DNA of 63,228 nt, filler included, from Octopus bimaculoides (taxonomy: Eukaryota): assembly GCF_001194135.2 (NCBI RefSeq). It is 5 parts of 5 records of this genome, joined end to end, with 100 filler letters (N's around TTAATTAATTAA, not from the genome) between each part and the next. Parts side by side here need not be neighbours in the genome. Positions count along the whole stretch, not along the records: positions 1 to 30,334 come from NC_068983.1; 4 more parts are not named here. One strand, given 5' to 3'. A program made the translations under genes and the position numbers. Shown one piece after another: positions 11,015-30,334 of the stretch; the stretch's first letter is position 1; the number at the start of each line of letters is the position of its first letter. Below the pieces are notes generated by a model. That model made no database searches. It worked only from the letters and a program-made list of their open reading frames with translations, and was not told the origin of the DNA.

Positions 11015-14000
11015 TGTAGTAGCACAAAGAACAACATTGAAAGCAACTGCTGCTGCGAAAGTCTAACAAAAATAGAGTAAGGAGCGGGAAAGAGACTTTT
11101 GCAAATATCACGGCACTTAAGTAATTGGTTAACATCTCACTAGAGAACAAAACAGAAAAATTAAACAAGGTAGCAAAATATACGAGAATAAATGGAAGGA
11201 GGGCAGAATTGACGCCTCCAAGCGACGTGCTTGAAGCAATAGCCAAACGAACAGTTGACTACAGGTGCGTGATCACAAGGAAACTCGAAAATGCTAAACG
11301 CGACCAGGTGGAAAAAGCCTTGAAAGACATATGGCAGTATATCCACCATATTGCGAGAGCGAGGCAGTACGGCAGAGTAAAGGTCCTTTTTAAGACCGAG
11401 GGACAGATGATACAGAGCTCAGTGACCACGCGTCGCACCGAGGAAATCGGCCTCTTTCCAACGCACATGGGAAGAAGGGCGGTACGAATTACGGTACCTG
11501 GTATCCCACCAGGCTTGGATTTATGTTGGATTCTCACCTGTATTTGTACGGACAGGGGAGAAAATTTCCTGGATTTTAAAAGATCGAGCGGGGAGAATTG
11601 GGTTGGGACTACCTTGAAGGTTCTTCTCCACGTGAAGCCAGCGCAGTTAGAGAAAGTGCCAGACCTCATTTCCCTCTCGAATGGAAAACTAAGGGTGAAC
11701 GTGGAGGGCTGAAAGCCGAGGTTCCACGATTGTAGTTCAACGGCTACTTAGGGTTTTCTGCCCACAGAACCAGAACAGAAGGGCAGCAAGAAATGTCCAA
11801 ACGAAAGTATTACAACCCATGAGTCGACAAAAACAACAAGAACAACAGCAACAGAAAGGCAGGGGAATAGAAATAGAAATTGGACCCAAGGAGACAAAAC
11901 AGGCAGGTGTTTCAGTAATGGTAACAGTGGGAGTAGCACCAGTAGCAGTGGCAGAAGCTACAATAGCAGGAGCAACAACAACAACTACTACCACTACTAT
12001 TACTACAAGAGAACCAGAACAAACAACACCAAAAGAAAACATACAAGACGGACTCCTCCACGCATTCAGGTGATGATGAAGGGGGAGCCTAAAAGGCAAA
12101 AGAGCCACGAAAGAGACACAGAAAAAAGAGAGAAATACAAGAAACGGCAAATACAGACACACTGATGACAACACCAACACTACAAGCACCACAATCAGCA
12201 ACACCATCACAAACACCCGCAACAGAATCAAATACACAACAAACTTTGCGGAATATCGTGCTTGTGAGGAGGGCCAATGTAAAGTTGATGGCTCTCATAG
12301 CACAAAGCGAGAACATTGAAACAGAGAGGTGATCTGCAGTCCCAATACTTCAAGAGTACCGCAGAGCCTAATGATGGTGCAAAAGACATTAGAGACTTAT
12401 ACGAGCATTAAGCGGAGCTACCCGTATGACATTGGATCTCCCAGAGTAACGGCCAGCAGAGGAACCCAACAAAACAGGCAGGGTGGGAGAACCACTCGAC
12501 GACAAACAGCACCAAGAGGGTAAGTGACACTCCCTTTTTCCAGCATGGCGGTTCTTAAATTAGGTTGTATAAATGTGCGTGGCCTGGGGTAGTCGTGGAA
12601 GAAAGGACACTTGTGCAACGACCTCAGGTGGCTAAGTCTAGATGTAATAGCCGTCAGTGAGACCAGGATGGCGGATACATAGGCCTTGGCTCCCGTTTTC
12701 GATGACTTTGAAATGTTCGCATCTCTTAATCGACTGGAAATGACAGGTGGAGTGGCAGTGTTGTTCAGAAAAGGCCTAGATCTCGAGATACGGTCGGTCT
12801 TCCTGGACCCGGAAGGTAATTCGGTGGTCCTGGACGTGAACGATAACGAAAGCAGTGTACGCACCGATTGGAGCGGATCAGCCGTTCTTCAGATGCCTGG
12901 AGGCCTTTCTAGGGACGTCTCGCTCTTTAGTGTTAGTGGGCGATTGGAACGCCATTTTAGATGCACGTGTGGATTGAGTGGGACTAGCGGATAGGAAAGG
13001 GAAGTGCGCAAGCCTCACAAATTTGCTCAGTCGTTTCCAGCTGGCGGACAGGTTCAGACTGGATTTCCCGAACACTCCAGTGTCGGGTCCTCCAGATGTT
13101 ATCTAGATAGGATATTTTATAGGCCAGCAGATAGGAATAGCATAAGGTGTCCACAATTTGAATTCGTCAGCTACACAGACCACAAATTTGTGATGTGTAC
13201 GGTTAACGTAGATAGGCGCCATAGGCAGGGACCCGGATACTAGAAACTGTACGCATCCTTCCCGGCACGTCAAGCTTTCAGAGATCGGCTTCGCAAGTTA
13301 GTCCATCGAAAGTTGACGGGTACAACTGTCAACAACCGATGATGTGGCGGGGACGGTTAAAACGGACGATTAGAATAGAAGCTGTAGAATTTAGCAGAGA
13401 ACTAGCGATAGAGAAGACTAGAGTAGAGGGAGTCCTAGTTAAGAAATTAGAAGAGGTACTCAATAGAGGCATAGCGACCGATGTGCTGGCAGCGAGATTG
13501 GTTCTGAACCAATTCTTCAACACTAAGCATGAAGGTTGCATTGTCATAGCTAGGTTGGGTGCTCTAAACCTGGAGGGAACGAAAGCCGTTCGATGGGCCC
13601 GGGTGAGCAAGGCGCAACGTAGTAATAGAACTATAATTCTGTCTCGAGGGGTCGCAACGGGCGCGTGCTACACGAGTCGAAGCAGATTTGTGCGGAATTT
13701 CAGCGGCACTTTGCTGAACTGTACGGGGCGCGCGGTGACGCAGAGACGGAGGTGAACTTCATTTCCTACCTTGATGTATGTCGCGGCTTTCGACCAGGGA
13801 AGTGGAGTTCTGCAAAATGCCNNNNNNNNNNNNNNNNNNNNNNNNNNNNNNNNNNNNNNNNNNNNNNNNNNNNNNNNNNNNNNNNNNNNNNNNNNNNNNN
13901 NNNNNNNNNNNNNNNNNNNNNNNNNNNNNNNNNNNNNNNNNNNNNNNNNNNNNNNNNNNNNNNNNNNNNNNNNNNNNNNNNNNNNNNNNNNNNNNNNNNN

Positions 14001-15520
14001 NNNNNNNNNNNNNNNNNNNNNNNNNNNNNNNNNNNNNNNNNNNNNNNNNNNNNNNNNNNNNNNNNNNNNNNNNNNNNNNNNNNNNNNNNNNNNNNNNNNN
14101 NNNNNNNNNNNNNNNNNNNNNNNNNNNNNNNNNNNNNNNNNNNNNNNNNNNNNNNNNNNNNNNNNNNNNNNNNNNNNNNNNNNNNNNNNNNNNNNNNNNN
14201 NNNNNNNNNNNNNNNNNNNNNNNNNNNNNNNNNNNNNNNNNNNNNNNNNNNNNNNNNNNNNNNNNNNNNNNNNNNNNNNNNNNNNNNNNNNNNNNNNNNN
14301 NNNNNNNNNNNNNNNNNNNNNNNNNNNNNNNNNNNNNNNNNNNNNNNNNNNNNNNNNNNNNNNNNNNNNNNNNNNNNNNNNNNNNNNNNNNNNNNNNNNN
14401 NNNNNNNNNNNNNNNNNNNNNNNNNNNNNNNNNNNNNNNNNNNNNNNNNNNNNNNNNNNNNNNNNNNNNNNNNNNNNNNNNNNTTACCCTAAGGGAATAC
14501 GAAGCGGTGACAGGAACAATGATCAACCAGGAGAAGTAAGTGCGCCTGCAGCTCAGCACCTGGAGAGGTAGGCGCATGCCAACTGACAACGTTGTGGGAC
14601 GCTGGACAGAAGGACATGTTAAGTTGCTCGGGGTCTGGTCCGGCCCGGATCTCCAAGGGGTGACAGGCAGGATGGCCAGTCTCAACTAGAAATAAACCGA
14701 GAGGAAGCTGTCCCTGAAAGATCGAGTGGAGATGGCAAATGCATACATCGCATCCGTCATATACTACCGCCTAACTGTCGTCCCTTGCCCTGCTTCGTGG
14801 ATGAACGGGCTGGTGCGTTTGCTCTTCCGCTTCTTGTGGAGAGGACGGGTACCTCTTGTCAGGCGGTCCATTTGCTGTGAGCATCCGTTGGGTGATGGAC
14901 TGGGCATGCTGTGGCTGAGGATGCGCAGACATGCGGTGAAGCTGCGACATCTCCAGCAATATCTTAACAGTGAGCAAGTGTGATCGCCGTTTGTTGAACG
15001 CGCTTTTTCGCAGCTCGTCTCCATGACAGAGCTACAGTCCTGGATCAGACGTAGACCGAGGCAGGGTGCTTGGCACCTAGAGTGTCTCCAACTGCTCACA
15101 GCTCTCGGCCAGTCGAACAATGCGGTCGGTGGAAGTTCCACCTTGGAGTACTCTAGGGGATTAGTGGAGGGCAAGAGCTACGACGTACTCCGAGAGGTCC
15201 TGGGCGTTGAGGGAGATCAACCGACTGTTCCCTTCCTGTGAACTTTCAGGTTGGGAACTATGGATAACTTCCAGAAATCCCTGGCCTGTCAATGCTATCG
15301 GTGGGGGAGTGGACGCTACCGGTTCAAGACAAGCTCTACAGGTACGGGCGTGCAGCCAGTCGGGCTTGTCCGAGATGCACGCAAAGCGATGAAATCATTC
15401 TGCATGCTCTCGTACAGTGTCCGCGCATTGCTGACTTGTAGAGCGTGGTCTTCTTTGGCTTCAAGGCAGTCGTAGTGAACAGACGCATGTGGACGCGTGG
15501 GTGAGACAGGGCTTTAACAG
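11015..15520 (+). mobile_element. Near-full-length degenerate Tx1/L1-like retrotransposon (ORF1 + APE-RT-CCHC ORF2; RT falls in the N gap)
   Basis: ORF1 ...RVNVEG*KPRFHDCSS (zinc-knuckle remnant) and a Thr/Gln-rich tail. ORF2 starts MAVLKLGCINVRGL at 12545, then DVIAVSETR, GGVAVLFRK, VGDWNAILD, YLDRIF, TDHKFV, GPGY*KL (APE). C-terminal CPRC-TQSDEIIL-H-ALVQ-C at 15367-15420. Many stops and frameshifts. Confidence 0.9.
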
Positions 15521-15668
15521 TAGCTACTAGCAATAGGTGAGACGGACAGGGCACATCTTGGATTTAACACAGCTTGACAGCCGACACAGAGAGGTAGATT
15601 TTGTTCTTCACATTACAGTTCCCTCATACTACAATGCATTTTATAGAAAGGATCATTATCATTATTAA

Positions 15669-16132
15669 GGCAGTGAGCTGGCAGAATCGTTTGCACGCCG
15701 GCTTAGCGGTAATTTGTCCGTCCTTAGTTCTGAGTTCAAATTCCGCCGAGGTCGACTTTGCCTTTCATCCTCTTGGGATCGATGAAATAAATACCAGTTA
15801 CATACTGAAAACGATGTAATCGACTAACCCCTTCCCCGAACTTCGAGGCTTTGTGCCTTTAGTAGAAAGGAGTATTATTAATGCGGCGAGCTGACAGAAT
15901 CGCTAGCGCGCCGGGCAAAACGCTCTGCGGTATTTTGCCTGTCTTCTCGTTATGAGTTCAAATTCCACCAAGGTCGACTTTATCTTTCAGGGTTGGTAAA
16001 TTAATCACCAGTGAAACACTGGGACCGATGTAATCGACTAGTCCCCTGTTCCCAAATTTCAGTCCTTGTGCCTTTAGTAGAAAAGATCATTGTTATTTAG
16101 GCGGTGAGCTGGAAGAACCGTTTACCCGCCGA
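15669..16132 (+). mobile_element. Head-to-tail array of SINE family A (two full copies plus one truncated head)
   Basis: GGCAGTGAGCTGGCAGAATCG at 15669, GCGGCGAGCTGACAGAATCG at 15883, GGCGGTGAGCTGGAAGAACCG at 16100; each follows the ATT-rich tail of the previous copy. Confidence 0.85.
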
Positions 16133-16147
16133 TGTGTGTAGTTATTT

Positions 16148-16525
16148 GGACTTATTTAGTTATTCAGTCTGCAGATGTCAAGGATGGTTAGTACGTTCCT
16201 TTGTTCGATTTCATTTAAGGCATGCCTATCTTCAATGAATTCTGAAGTAAAGTGGTCAGCCGGTACAGCCACTAGAGCCATAAGCTGATGGTGTTCATTG
16301 TCTAAATTGATGAATGGTACAATGAAAAGGTCACCCTAAGAAAGTATCATTTATCAATTCAGACAATGAACCCCAACAGCTTATGGCTGTAGTGGCTGTA
16401 GTGGCTGTACCGGCTGACCAGTTTACTTCAGAATTCATTGAAGATAGGCATGCCTTAAATGAAATCGAACAAAACAATGTACTACCCATCCTTGACATCA
16501 GCAGACTGAATAACAAAATAAGTCC
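16148..16525. repeat. Foldback inverted repeat (arms 16148-16320 and 16344-16525, 23-nt loop)
   Basis: GGACTTATTTAGTTATTCAGTCTGCAGATGTCAAGGATGG... is the reverse complement of ...CCATCCTTGACATCAGCAGACTGAATAACAAAATAAGTCC; roughly 90% identity by eye. Confidence 0.9.
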
Positions 16526-16671
16526 AACATCACCACACACACACCTCCTTCCCCATATAACTACCATTCCTTCCTCTTTTCCATCACTATTTACTCCGAT
16601 TACGCTCATTAATGCCCTTTACGTTAACCAGGCAGAAGTAACAATCTTCACTGTGATTCCTCTGTTCTAGC

Positions 16672-16850
16672 CAGGCATAAGAGGAACTATATGCATGTGC
16701 AAGAGAGGAGATTGCGTTGGTTTGGTCATGTCCTTACGAAGGAGATAACAGAAGACTGAGATATGTAGCACATTGCTGTACTCAAGTAGACCTGCCCACC
16801 AGAACAGAAGTGAGATACTAAAACCAAGGTGCCATGTAAAAAGCATTGGT
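16672..16850 (+). mobile_element. RTE-like LINE 3' fragment
   Basis: GTGCAAGAGAGGAGATTGCGTTGGTTTGGTCATGTC = VQERRLRWFGHV, an RTE ORF2 C-terminal motif. Confidence 0.55.
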
Positions 16851-17104
16851 GATATATATATATGTATATATATATNNNNNNNNNNNNNNNNNNNNNNNNN
16901 NNNNNNNNNNNNNNNNNNNNNNNNNNNNNNNNNNNNNNNNNNNNNNNNNNNNNNNNNNNNNNNNNNNNNNNNNNNATGTATATATATATTGTTACTTGTT
17001 TCAGTCTGGACCACCGTTTTTATGTTCACTTATAACAGAACCAATTTTACATTAATCAGATGGGTTACACAATACTTTTCTAAAGCACAAATTTAGTTAT
17101 TTTT

Positions 17105-17400
17105 GAAAGAGTGTTCGACAGAATCGGAGTAAGAGCAATGCGACTACCTAATCGAAATCTACTGATCTAAGAAATGACCAACCAGTGGAACCCAGAGATG
17201 GACATTTCGATTAGAAGTTCGCTCACTAGACACATTAGAAAAACTGATATCAAGAGCAATAACATCGCTTTCACTAAATTCCTTCGAACATGCACCCACT
17301 TGTTAATAATACAGGAGATTAGATCACCAATAGACTTGGCTTTATGAAAATCATACTGGTGGTCATTGAAGGGAGACACAAATTGCAAGTATTAAAAGAC
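17105..17400 (-). mobile_element. CR1-like reverse transcriptase fragment
   Basis: NDHQYDFHKAKSIGDLISCIINKW and, frameshifted, SESDVIALDIS; resembles CR1 RT (SDHQYGFRKARSTGDLL...ALDISKAFD). Confidence 0.65.
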
Positions 17401-17932
17401 AGATGAGTGTTTTGCTAAAGTCAAAGTTAAACTCAAAATACTATTAGAATAGAGTTCTGAGCTCAAAATTCAAGCTTTGTACGCAATGTTATACATAAAA
17501 TAAGTTCATTTTGAATATTAATGTTCTCATAAGAAAACCCCGAAATAATGTTATGCAAATTATATATATACTTCTCGGCGCTGATTTTACTTATTGTACA
17601 GTATTTTGCAAAATATATGTTACAATGCACATTATATAACAAGGTGAAAGTTTCTGTGATCGACAACATATGCACATGTGCAAATGCAGCACGTGTTCTG
17701 TCAAGTGATACTAATAATCGTGGAAAAGAATTTTCGAAAATTAATTCAAGATAAATAAACAAAGAAATATAATGTAAACAATCGTAGGATAGGCCGTTTA
17801 GGTGGACAAAAAAAAAAAGAAAATGTATATAATTAGAAAGCTGCTTATAATTAGATACTGCAAATAACAATAGTTGTTGAATAAATTAAATCGATGTGCA
17901 ATATATTCCCACCTTACATTTCAAAAGATTTC

Positions 17933-17970
17933 TATATATACTGAGCTAACTCATTCTGGTTAACTCATTC
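17933..17970 (+). promoter_or_regulatory. Predicted TATA box + Inr core promoter of the tyrosinase gene
   Basis: TATATATA at 17933-17940 and TCATTC (TCAKTY-type initiator) at 17965-17970, about 30 nt apart, followed by a consensus donor AAG|GTAAGT at 17995/17996. Confidence 0.5.
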
Positions 17971-17995
17971 TGAAAGCACACAGAAACAAGTGAAG
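17967..17995 (+). other. Predicted non-coding exon 1 (5' UTR) of the tyrosinase gene
   Basis: Donor AAG|GTAAGT; the start-codon exon is preceded by a strong acceptor TTTATTTGATTTTCAG|AAATG (18507-18509), implying an upstream exon. Confidence 0.5.
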
Positions 17996-18511
17996 GTAAG
18001 TGTCTTACTCTGTTATGACATTTCGATACAGCAGTAATACTGAAGGTGTAATTCAGGCATGGGCAACATATTTCCAGAAGCGGGCTGCATGAGACATGAT
18101 TCATTTTCAGGCGGGCTGCACTATCAAAAAGTCCAAGGTAATTTTTCGTTAAAAATCAGCACCGAGAAGTATATATATAATTTTGCAGATAATATTACCA
18201 GAGTCTTATGAGACAATATATACCAAGACTAACCAATATTTTCATTGAGAACAGGCCTATAATTATTACAGTAAACGTAATAAAAACTTGCATTTCTTCA
18301 AAAGCTGCGTATTAAATTGAGTTTTTGGTTAGCAGTTCCCAGCGTCTTATAGCAGAAACTGAAAAGAAACGCTCCTATTGATCTACAGGATTTGGAAAAA
18401 GATCAGTTGAATTAGCAGAGTTCCTGCATTGCCAATTTCATTTTTTAAGTACCGATTTTTGAAAATTATCAGTTAATAATGTTTTTTCTTCGTTTTATTT
18501 GATTTTCAGAA

Positions 18512-25243
<6,732 letters not shown>

Positions 25244-25659
25244 ATGTATGGCTGCTGCCACTTTTATTAAGCAATATTCCCAACGAAACTACAGAAGTTG
25301 AATTTTCCTCCACGTTTGAATTTTACAGAGTAATATTTAAGGGAGGACATTCTCCAACAGCATAACACATGTTTATTTCTAGATGAATGAATGGGACGAT
25401 GGGTAATGATGTAAAAGAGAATGTGGAGATGGAAAATGAATGAACGAATGAATGGACGAATGAACGAATGAATGGACGAATGAACGAATGAACGAATGAA
25501 CGCTCGAGCGAGCGAGCGAGCGATTTCTATGGGATCTTGTGGTACTAGTTTTCAACAGAAACCTGTTGAACGAGTTTCTGATTTGCTAACTACTTCTTTG
25601 TTATCATCCATTTTTCACAACATATATTTCCTGCGAAAACACATCTAATCTAATTTTTA

Positions 25660-25665
25660 AATAAA
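25660..25665 (+). terminator. Candidate polyadenylation signal of the tyrosinase gene
   Basis: First AATAAA I found downstream of the stop codon at 25243. Confidence 0.4.
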
Positions 25666-25745
25666 ATCACGATAAAAGGATAAAATTTCTTCTGAGTTTT
25701 TAATTTTCTTACATGGAAGTGGCGAAAGTGGTAAAAGGTATTTGG

Positions 25746-25846
25746 AATTAAGTAAAAATGTTGCTTTCAGATTTCTAATCACTCATTTCGGAAATTACCC
25801 AAACAAGTTAATCAGGATCGAAGAGATAAAATATTTAGTTGTTATA
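25746..25846 (+). repeat. About 100-bp direct repeat, copy 2
   Basis: Near-identical to 24585-24682. Confidence 0.9.
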
Positions 25847-26101
25847 AACATTTGATCGACGTATCATGTCCTGTCTATCTCGTTGACACAAAACAATATT
25901 TGTATGTAATGAAAGCATTAACCTAAGAAAACTGTGTGACATTGGATTGTGTTAAGTATTTGTTTTTGTCCCTCAATATCAAATTTCTAAATCCGTACTT
26001 GATAAAATAACTGTTTCAGATTTTGGCACTGTGCCAGCAATTTTAGAGGTGGCGGCAATTCGGCCGAATGCCCTAACCCCTGAGCCACGCGTCTTCACGA
26101 T

Positions 26102-26200
<99 letters not shown>

Positions 26201-26254
26201 CATACACACACACACACGAGTGAGTGGATAGATGAAACAAAAGGGGCACTCAAC

Positions 26255-26372
26255 AAATCCACTCACAAAGCTTTGGTCAGCCCAAGGCTATAGTAGAAGA
26301 CTACAGGGACTGAACCCGGAACCAGGTAGTTGGGAAGCAAGCTTTTTACCACACATCCACGCCTGCGCATAT
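26255..26372 (-). mobile_element. SINE family B head, internally deleted
   Basis: AATCCACTCACAAAGCTTTGGTCAGCCCAAGGCTATAGTAGAAGAC|AGGGACTGAACCCGGAACC...CCACGCCTGCGC. Confidence 0.75.
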
Positions 26373-26689
26373 GTATATGTTTATGACATATTTGACGTGG
26401 AAAAAAACCCATTTTCATTGCGACTTACGCGAGAAAATTCTCGTTTTGTGCAACCAGTGTTAAAAACACCAACATTCGTTTTAGGGGACCCTATGTTGAC
26501 CAATGAATGCATTTCAAGTTACTTAAATATCTAGGAAGACAACCCTGAAATGACTTTTGGAAATCATAGCTTCCGTACAGAAAATCAGTAAATACTATCC
26601 ACAGACCGCGTTCGACACCACCAGATTCCAATCCCGTCCGTTCGCGAATTACTCCTTTTTATATGATTCCCTCCTATTCAACATACTCA

Positions 26690-26933
26690 AACCCCGCACC
26701 TTCCTCCGCCTCAGAGCATTCCCATCTGACCCCTGAACACCTCGTTTTTCTTTTCTTTCAACTAGTTTTTCTCATCCTCCCTCCTATATTTTTCTTCTTT
26801 ATCTTTCTTTTGAAGAAGGACCACCGTCCGACAGGTTGAGACGCCTCCCTTTATGTTAAGCGTTGAAGTAATGCATTTCTAAAAACTTGTCCCTCCCGTA
26901 TTATCTTTTTCCTTTTTGTGTCCATTATTGTCA

Positions 26934-26935
<2 letters not shown>
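26690..26935 (+). mobile_element. Penelope-like terminus with a degenerate hammerhead motif
   Basis: TTGAAGA-A-GGAC-CACC-GTCC-GACA at 26810-26833 within a pyrimidine-rich tract ending at (TA)n. Confidence 0.4.
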
Positions 26936-26989
<54 letters not shown>

Positions 26990-27580
26990 ATATATATATA
27001 ATATATATACGACCCACGAGATAAGTACGGGACAAAGTACCAAAAGAAGTCTAACCCCTCCTCAGTTGTCGGTTGTTAATTACACCCTATTTCGAGCTTT
27101 CAACGACAAGATAGGAATCCTTCATAAAGCAGCAGTATCCAGAAATTTTTAAAATATAAAATTTGTGGAGTGTTAAAGCTCCGAACGAACAAACAACGAC
27201 AGAGTGGACGTACAGAGTAAACAACCGACGAAGACAAACATTAAGGGCCGTTAGGCCAAGTGGCATCGTAATGGAAGAAATTTTGAAAGGATATAGAATA
27301 AATAGAAGAGAAGAGAGAGAAGAAATAGAAGAGAAAAAAAGAGAACAAAAATTGTTGTGAGGCGAGAAAAATGACGTGCAGCTAAATGGAAGTCGCCACC
27401 AAAAACGGCAGAAGTGAGAGAAATGGCCTGTAGTCACGAGGAAATAACTATAGTCACGTGTGTGTACTGTATGTGTGTGTGTGCGTGTGTGTTCATGTGC
27501 GTGCGTACGTACATACATAAAATATACATACACACACACATATATATAAATATATATTTATACACACACATATACATATA

Positions 27581-27748
27581 TATACGACAGGCTTCTTTCT
27601 GTTTCCGTTTCCCAAGTCCACTCACAAGGCTTTGGTCGCCTAAGGTTACAGTAGAAGACACTAGCTCTATGTGCCACGCAGTGAGACTGAACCCGCAGCT
27701 CTGTGGTTGGGAGGCAAGCTTCTTATCACACAGCCAAGCCTATGCCTA
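27581..27748 (-). mobile_element. SINE family B, 5' half
   Basis: ACGACAGGCTTCTTTCTGTTTCCG...GTGCCACGCAGTGAGACTGAACCC...CACACAGCCAAGCCTATGCCT. Confidence 0.8.
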
Positions 27749-27775
27749 TATATATACAAACACACGCACGCACAC

Positions 27776-27806
<31 letters not shown>

Positions 27807-27808
27807 AT

Positions 27809-27849
<41 letters not shown>

Positions 27850-28796
27850 CATATATATATAATATAAATAATATATATGTATGTATGTGTGTGTGTGNNN
27901 NNNNNNNNNNNNNNNNNNNNNNNNNNNNNNNNNNNNNNNNNNNNNNNNNNNNNNNNNNNNNNNNNNNNNNNNNNNNNNNNNNNNNNNNNNNNNNNNNNNN
28001 NNNNNNNNNNNNNNNNNNNNNNNNNNNNNNNNNNNNNNNNNNNNNNNNNNNNNNNNNNNNNNNNNNNNNNNNNNNNNNNNNNNNNNNNNNNNNNNNNNNN
28101 NNNNNNNNNNNNNNNNNNNNNNNNNNNNNNNNNNNNNNNNNNNNNNNNNNNNNNNNNNNNNNNNNNNNNNNNNNNNNNNNNNNNNNNNNNNNNNNNNNNN
28201 NNNNNNNNNNNNNNNNNNNNNNNNNNNNNNNNNNNNNNNNNNNNNNNNNNNNNNNNNNNNNNNNNNNNNNNNNNNNNNNNNNNNNNNNNNNNNNNNNNNN
28301 NNNNNNNNNNNNNNNNNNNNNNNNNNNNNNNNNNNNNNNNNNNNNNNNNNNNNNNNNNNNNNNNNNNNNNNNNNNNNNNNNNNNNNNNNNNNNNNNNNNN
28401 NNNNNNNNNNNNNNNNNNNNNNNNNNNNNNNNNNNNNNNNNNNNNNNNNNNNNNNNNNNNNNNNNNNNNNNNNNNNNNNNNNNNNNNNNNNNNNNNNNNN
28501 NNNNNNNNNNNNNNNNNNNNNNNNNNNNNNNNNNNNNNNNNNNNNNNNNNNNNNNNNNNNNNNNNNNNNNNNNNNNNNNNNNNNNNNNNNNNNNNNNNNN
28601 NNNNNNNNNNNNNNNNNNNNNNNNNNNNNNNNNNNNNNNNNNNNNNNNNNNNNNNNNNNNTGAAGGGGACAAAAAGGGGATTAAAGAAGGGTGGGGGAGA
28701 AAACAGTGTAGAGTAGAGTCGCATCAAAAAGGTTAAGATTAGCTTAATTGGAAATGGATGCGTGGCGTTCAATTAAATAATATTATAAATAATATA

Positions 28797-28985
28797 TATA
28801 TAGGAAGAATTCACAAAAGAAAACAACAGACGAAGACAGGTGGTGTAGAAAACAAATAGATGTATTAGTATAACGCTCGGGAATTGAAAAAGTCTTTAAT
28901 GTATTGAGACTATTCTCTTCCACAGAAAGGAACACAGAAAGAAACAAGGAGAGAAACAAGGAAACAAGGAGAGAAAAAAATATGT
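28797..28985 (-). mobile_element. Penelope-like terminal repeat (same family as 38810-39512), degenerate
   Basis: Reverse complement GTGTTCCTTTCTGTGGAAGAGAATAGTCTCAATACATTAAAGAC...CCCGAGCGTTATACTAATACATC aligns with 39370-39460. Confidence 0.7.
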
Positions 28986-29206
28986 GTAGTGGTTAGCGAT
29001 CTATCATGGCGAATGCCGCACAGAAGGGTCACACAGGATAGTTAAGAAGAAAGGGCGATAACAAAGTGGTAGTGATCCCAAAACGAAGGTGCGTGTGTGT
29101 GAGAGANNNNNNNNNNNNNNNNNNNNNNNNNNNNNNNNNNNNNNNNNNNNNNNNNNNNNNNNNNNNNNNNNNNNNNNNNNNNNNNNNNNNNNNNNNNNNN
29201 NNNNNN

Positions 29207-30245
29207 AATTTCCACACAAACATCTAAGAAAATGTGCAGTGTTTATGGCCAAGTTGTCATTACTGATCAGCAAGTAAGAAATTGGTTTTAAAAGTTTTGT
29301 TCCAGAGATTTGTCATTGAGGGATCACGCCTATCAGACTTCGCATCGAGACATCATACTTCGATCATGATGCTTTAAGAGAATTAGTGAAATTCAATCCT
29401 TGTAAAAGTACTTGGGGATTAGCAGTTGACTTCAATACATCCCAATCCACCATCTACCGCCACTTTGGAAAAGTCAGCAAGCTGGGTGTTTGGATACCCC
29501 AAACTCTTAGTAAGAGGAATAGGGAAGATCACATGTCCATAAGGAAAAATCTTCTTTCAAGGTAGAAAAATGACCCGATTTTCAATAATATCATTACAGG
29601 TGATGGAAAATTGGTCTTTTATGACAATGTTCAATGCAAAAGGCATTGGACTGACAAGGATAAATCTCCACAACTTATCTCAAAGGCTAAGCTCTATGGA
29701 AGGAAGGTTAGGCTATGTGTACTGTGGAATCATTGCAGCTTTATTCATTTTAAGTTTTTAAACCGCAATCAAACACTAAAGCCGTCATATACTCTAGCAG
29801 TTGCAATATGTGCATGAAAATCTTCTAAGAAAATGCTCTGCAGTCGTCAATAGGAGAAACATTATGCTTCTCCATGATAACGCAAGATCACATTCAGCAA
29901 GGATCACGCAAGATAAAATAATCGATTTGGGTTGGTGTGTTCTACTCCATCAACCATATTCACTGGACCTTGCACCAACTGATTTCCATTTTCTTCGTTC
30001 ACTACAAAATGGTCTGAGGGGGAAAAAATTTTCTCAGGAAAATCAGGTGAAAACGTGTGGAAAGCTTCTTCATGTTGAGGCTAGCAAAAGTTTACTCGAG
30101 AGGAATCAAAAAAGTACCTGATAAATGGCAAGAGGTCAATGAAAACCACGTCAACTATACGGATAATTGAAAGTAATTCTTTGTAAAAATTTTTAATGGG
30201 TAAAGGTATTTAACAAAATCGGAAATTATTTATGACTCAACCTAT
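29207..30245 (+). mobile_element. Degenerate mariner element (Hsmar1/cecropia-like); 5' end lost in the gap
   Basis: IITGDGKLVFYDN; LLHDNARSH; HQPYSLDLAPTDFHFLRSLQN; 3' TIR reverse complement TATAGGTTGAGTCATAAATAATTTCCGATT. Confidence 0.85.
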
Positions 30246-30254
30246 ATATATAGC

Positions 30255-30322
<68 letters not shown>

Positions 30323-30334
30323 CACACACACACA

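Noticed and set aside
18055-18130. hAT MITE starting CAGGCATGGGCAAC in the first intron
   Set aside because: No matching right TIR or TSD found.
27414-28772. Long ORFs of 250-440 aa (also 13665-14685, 34613-35522, 36139-36778, 41920-42559, 61840-62940)
   Set aside because: They are open only because they run through N gaps.
29207-30245. Domesticated SETMAR-like gene
   Set aside because: Frameshifts and stops, a retained TIR, and no SET exon seen.
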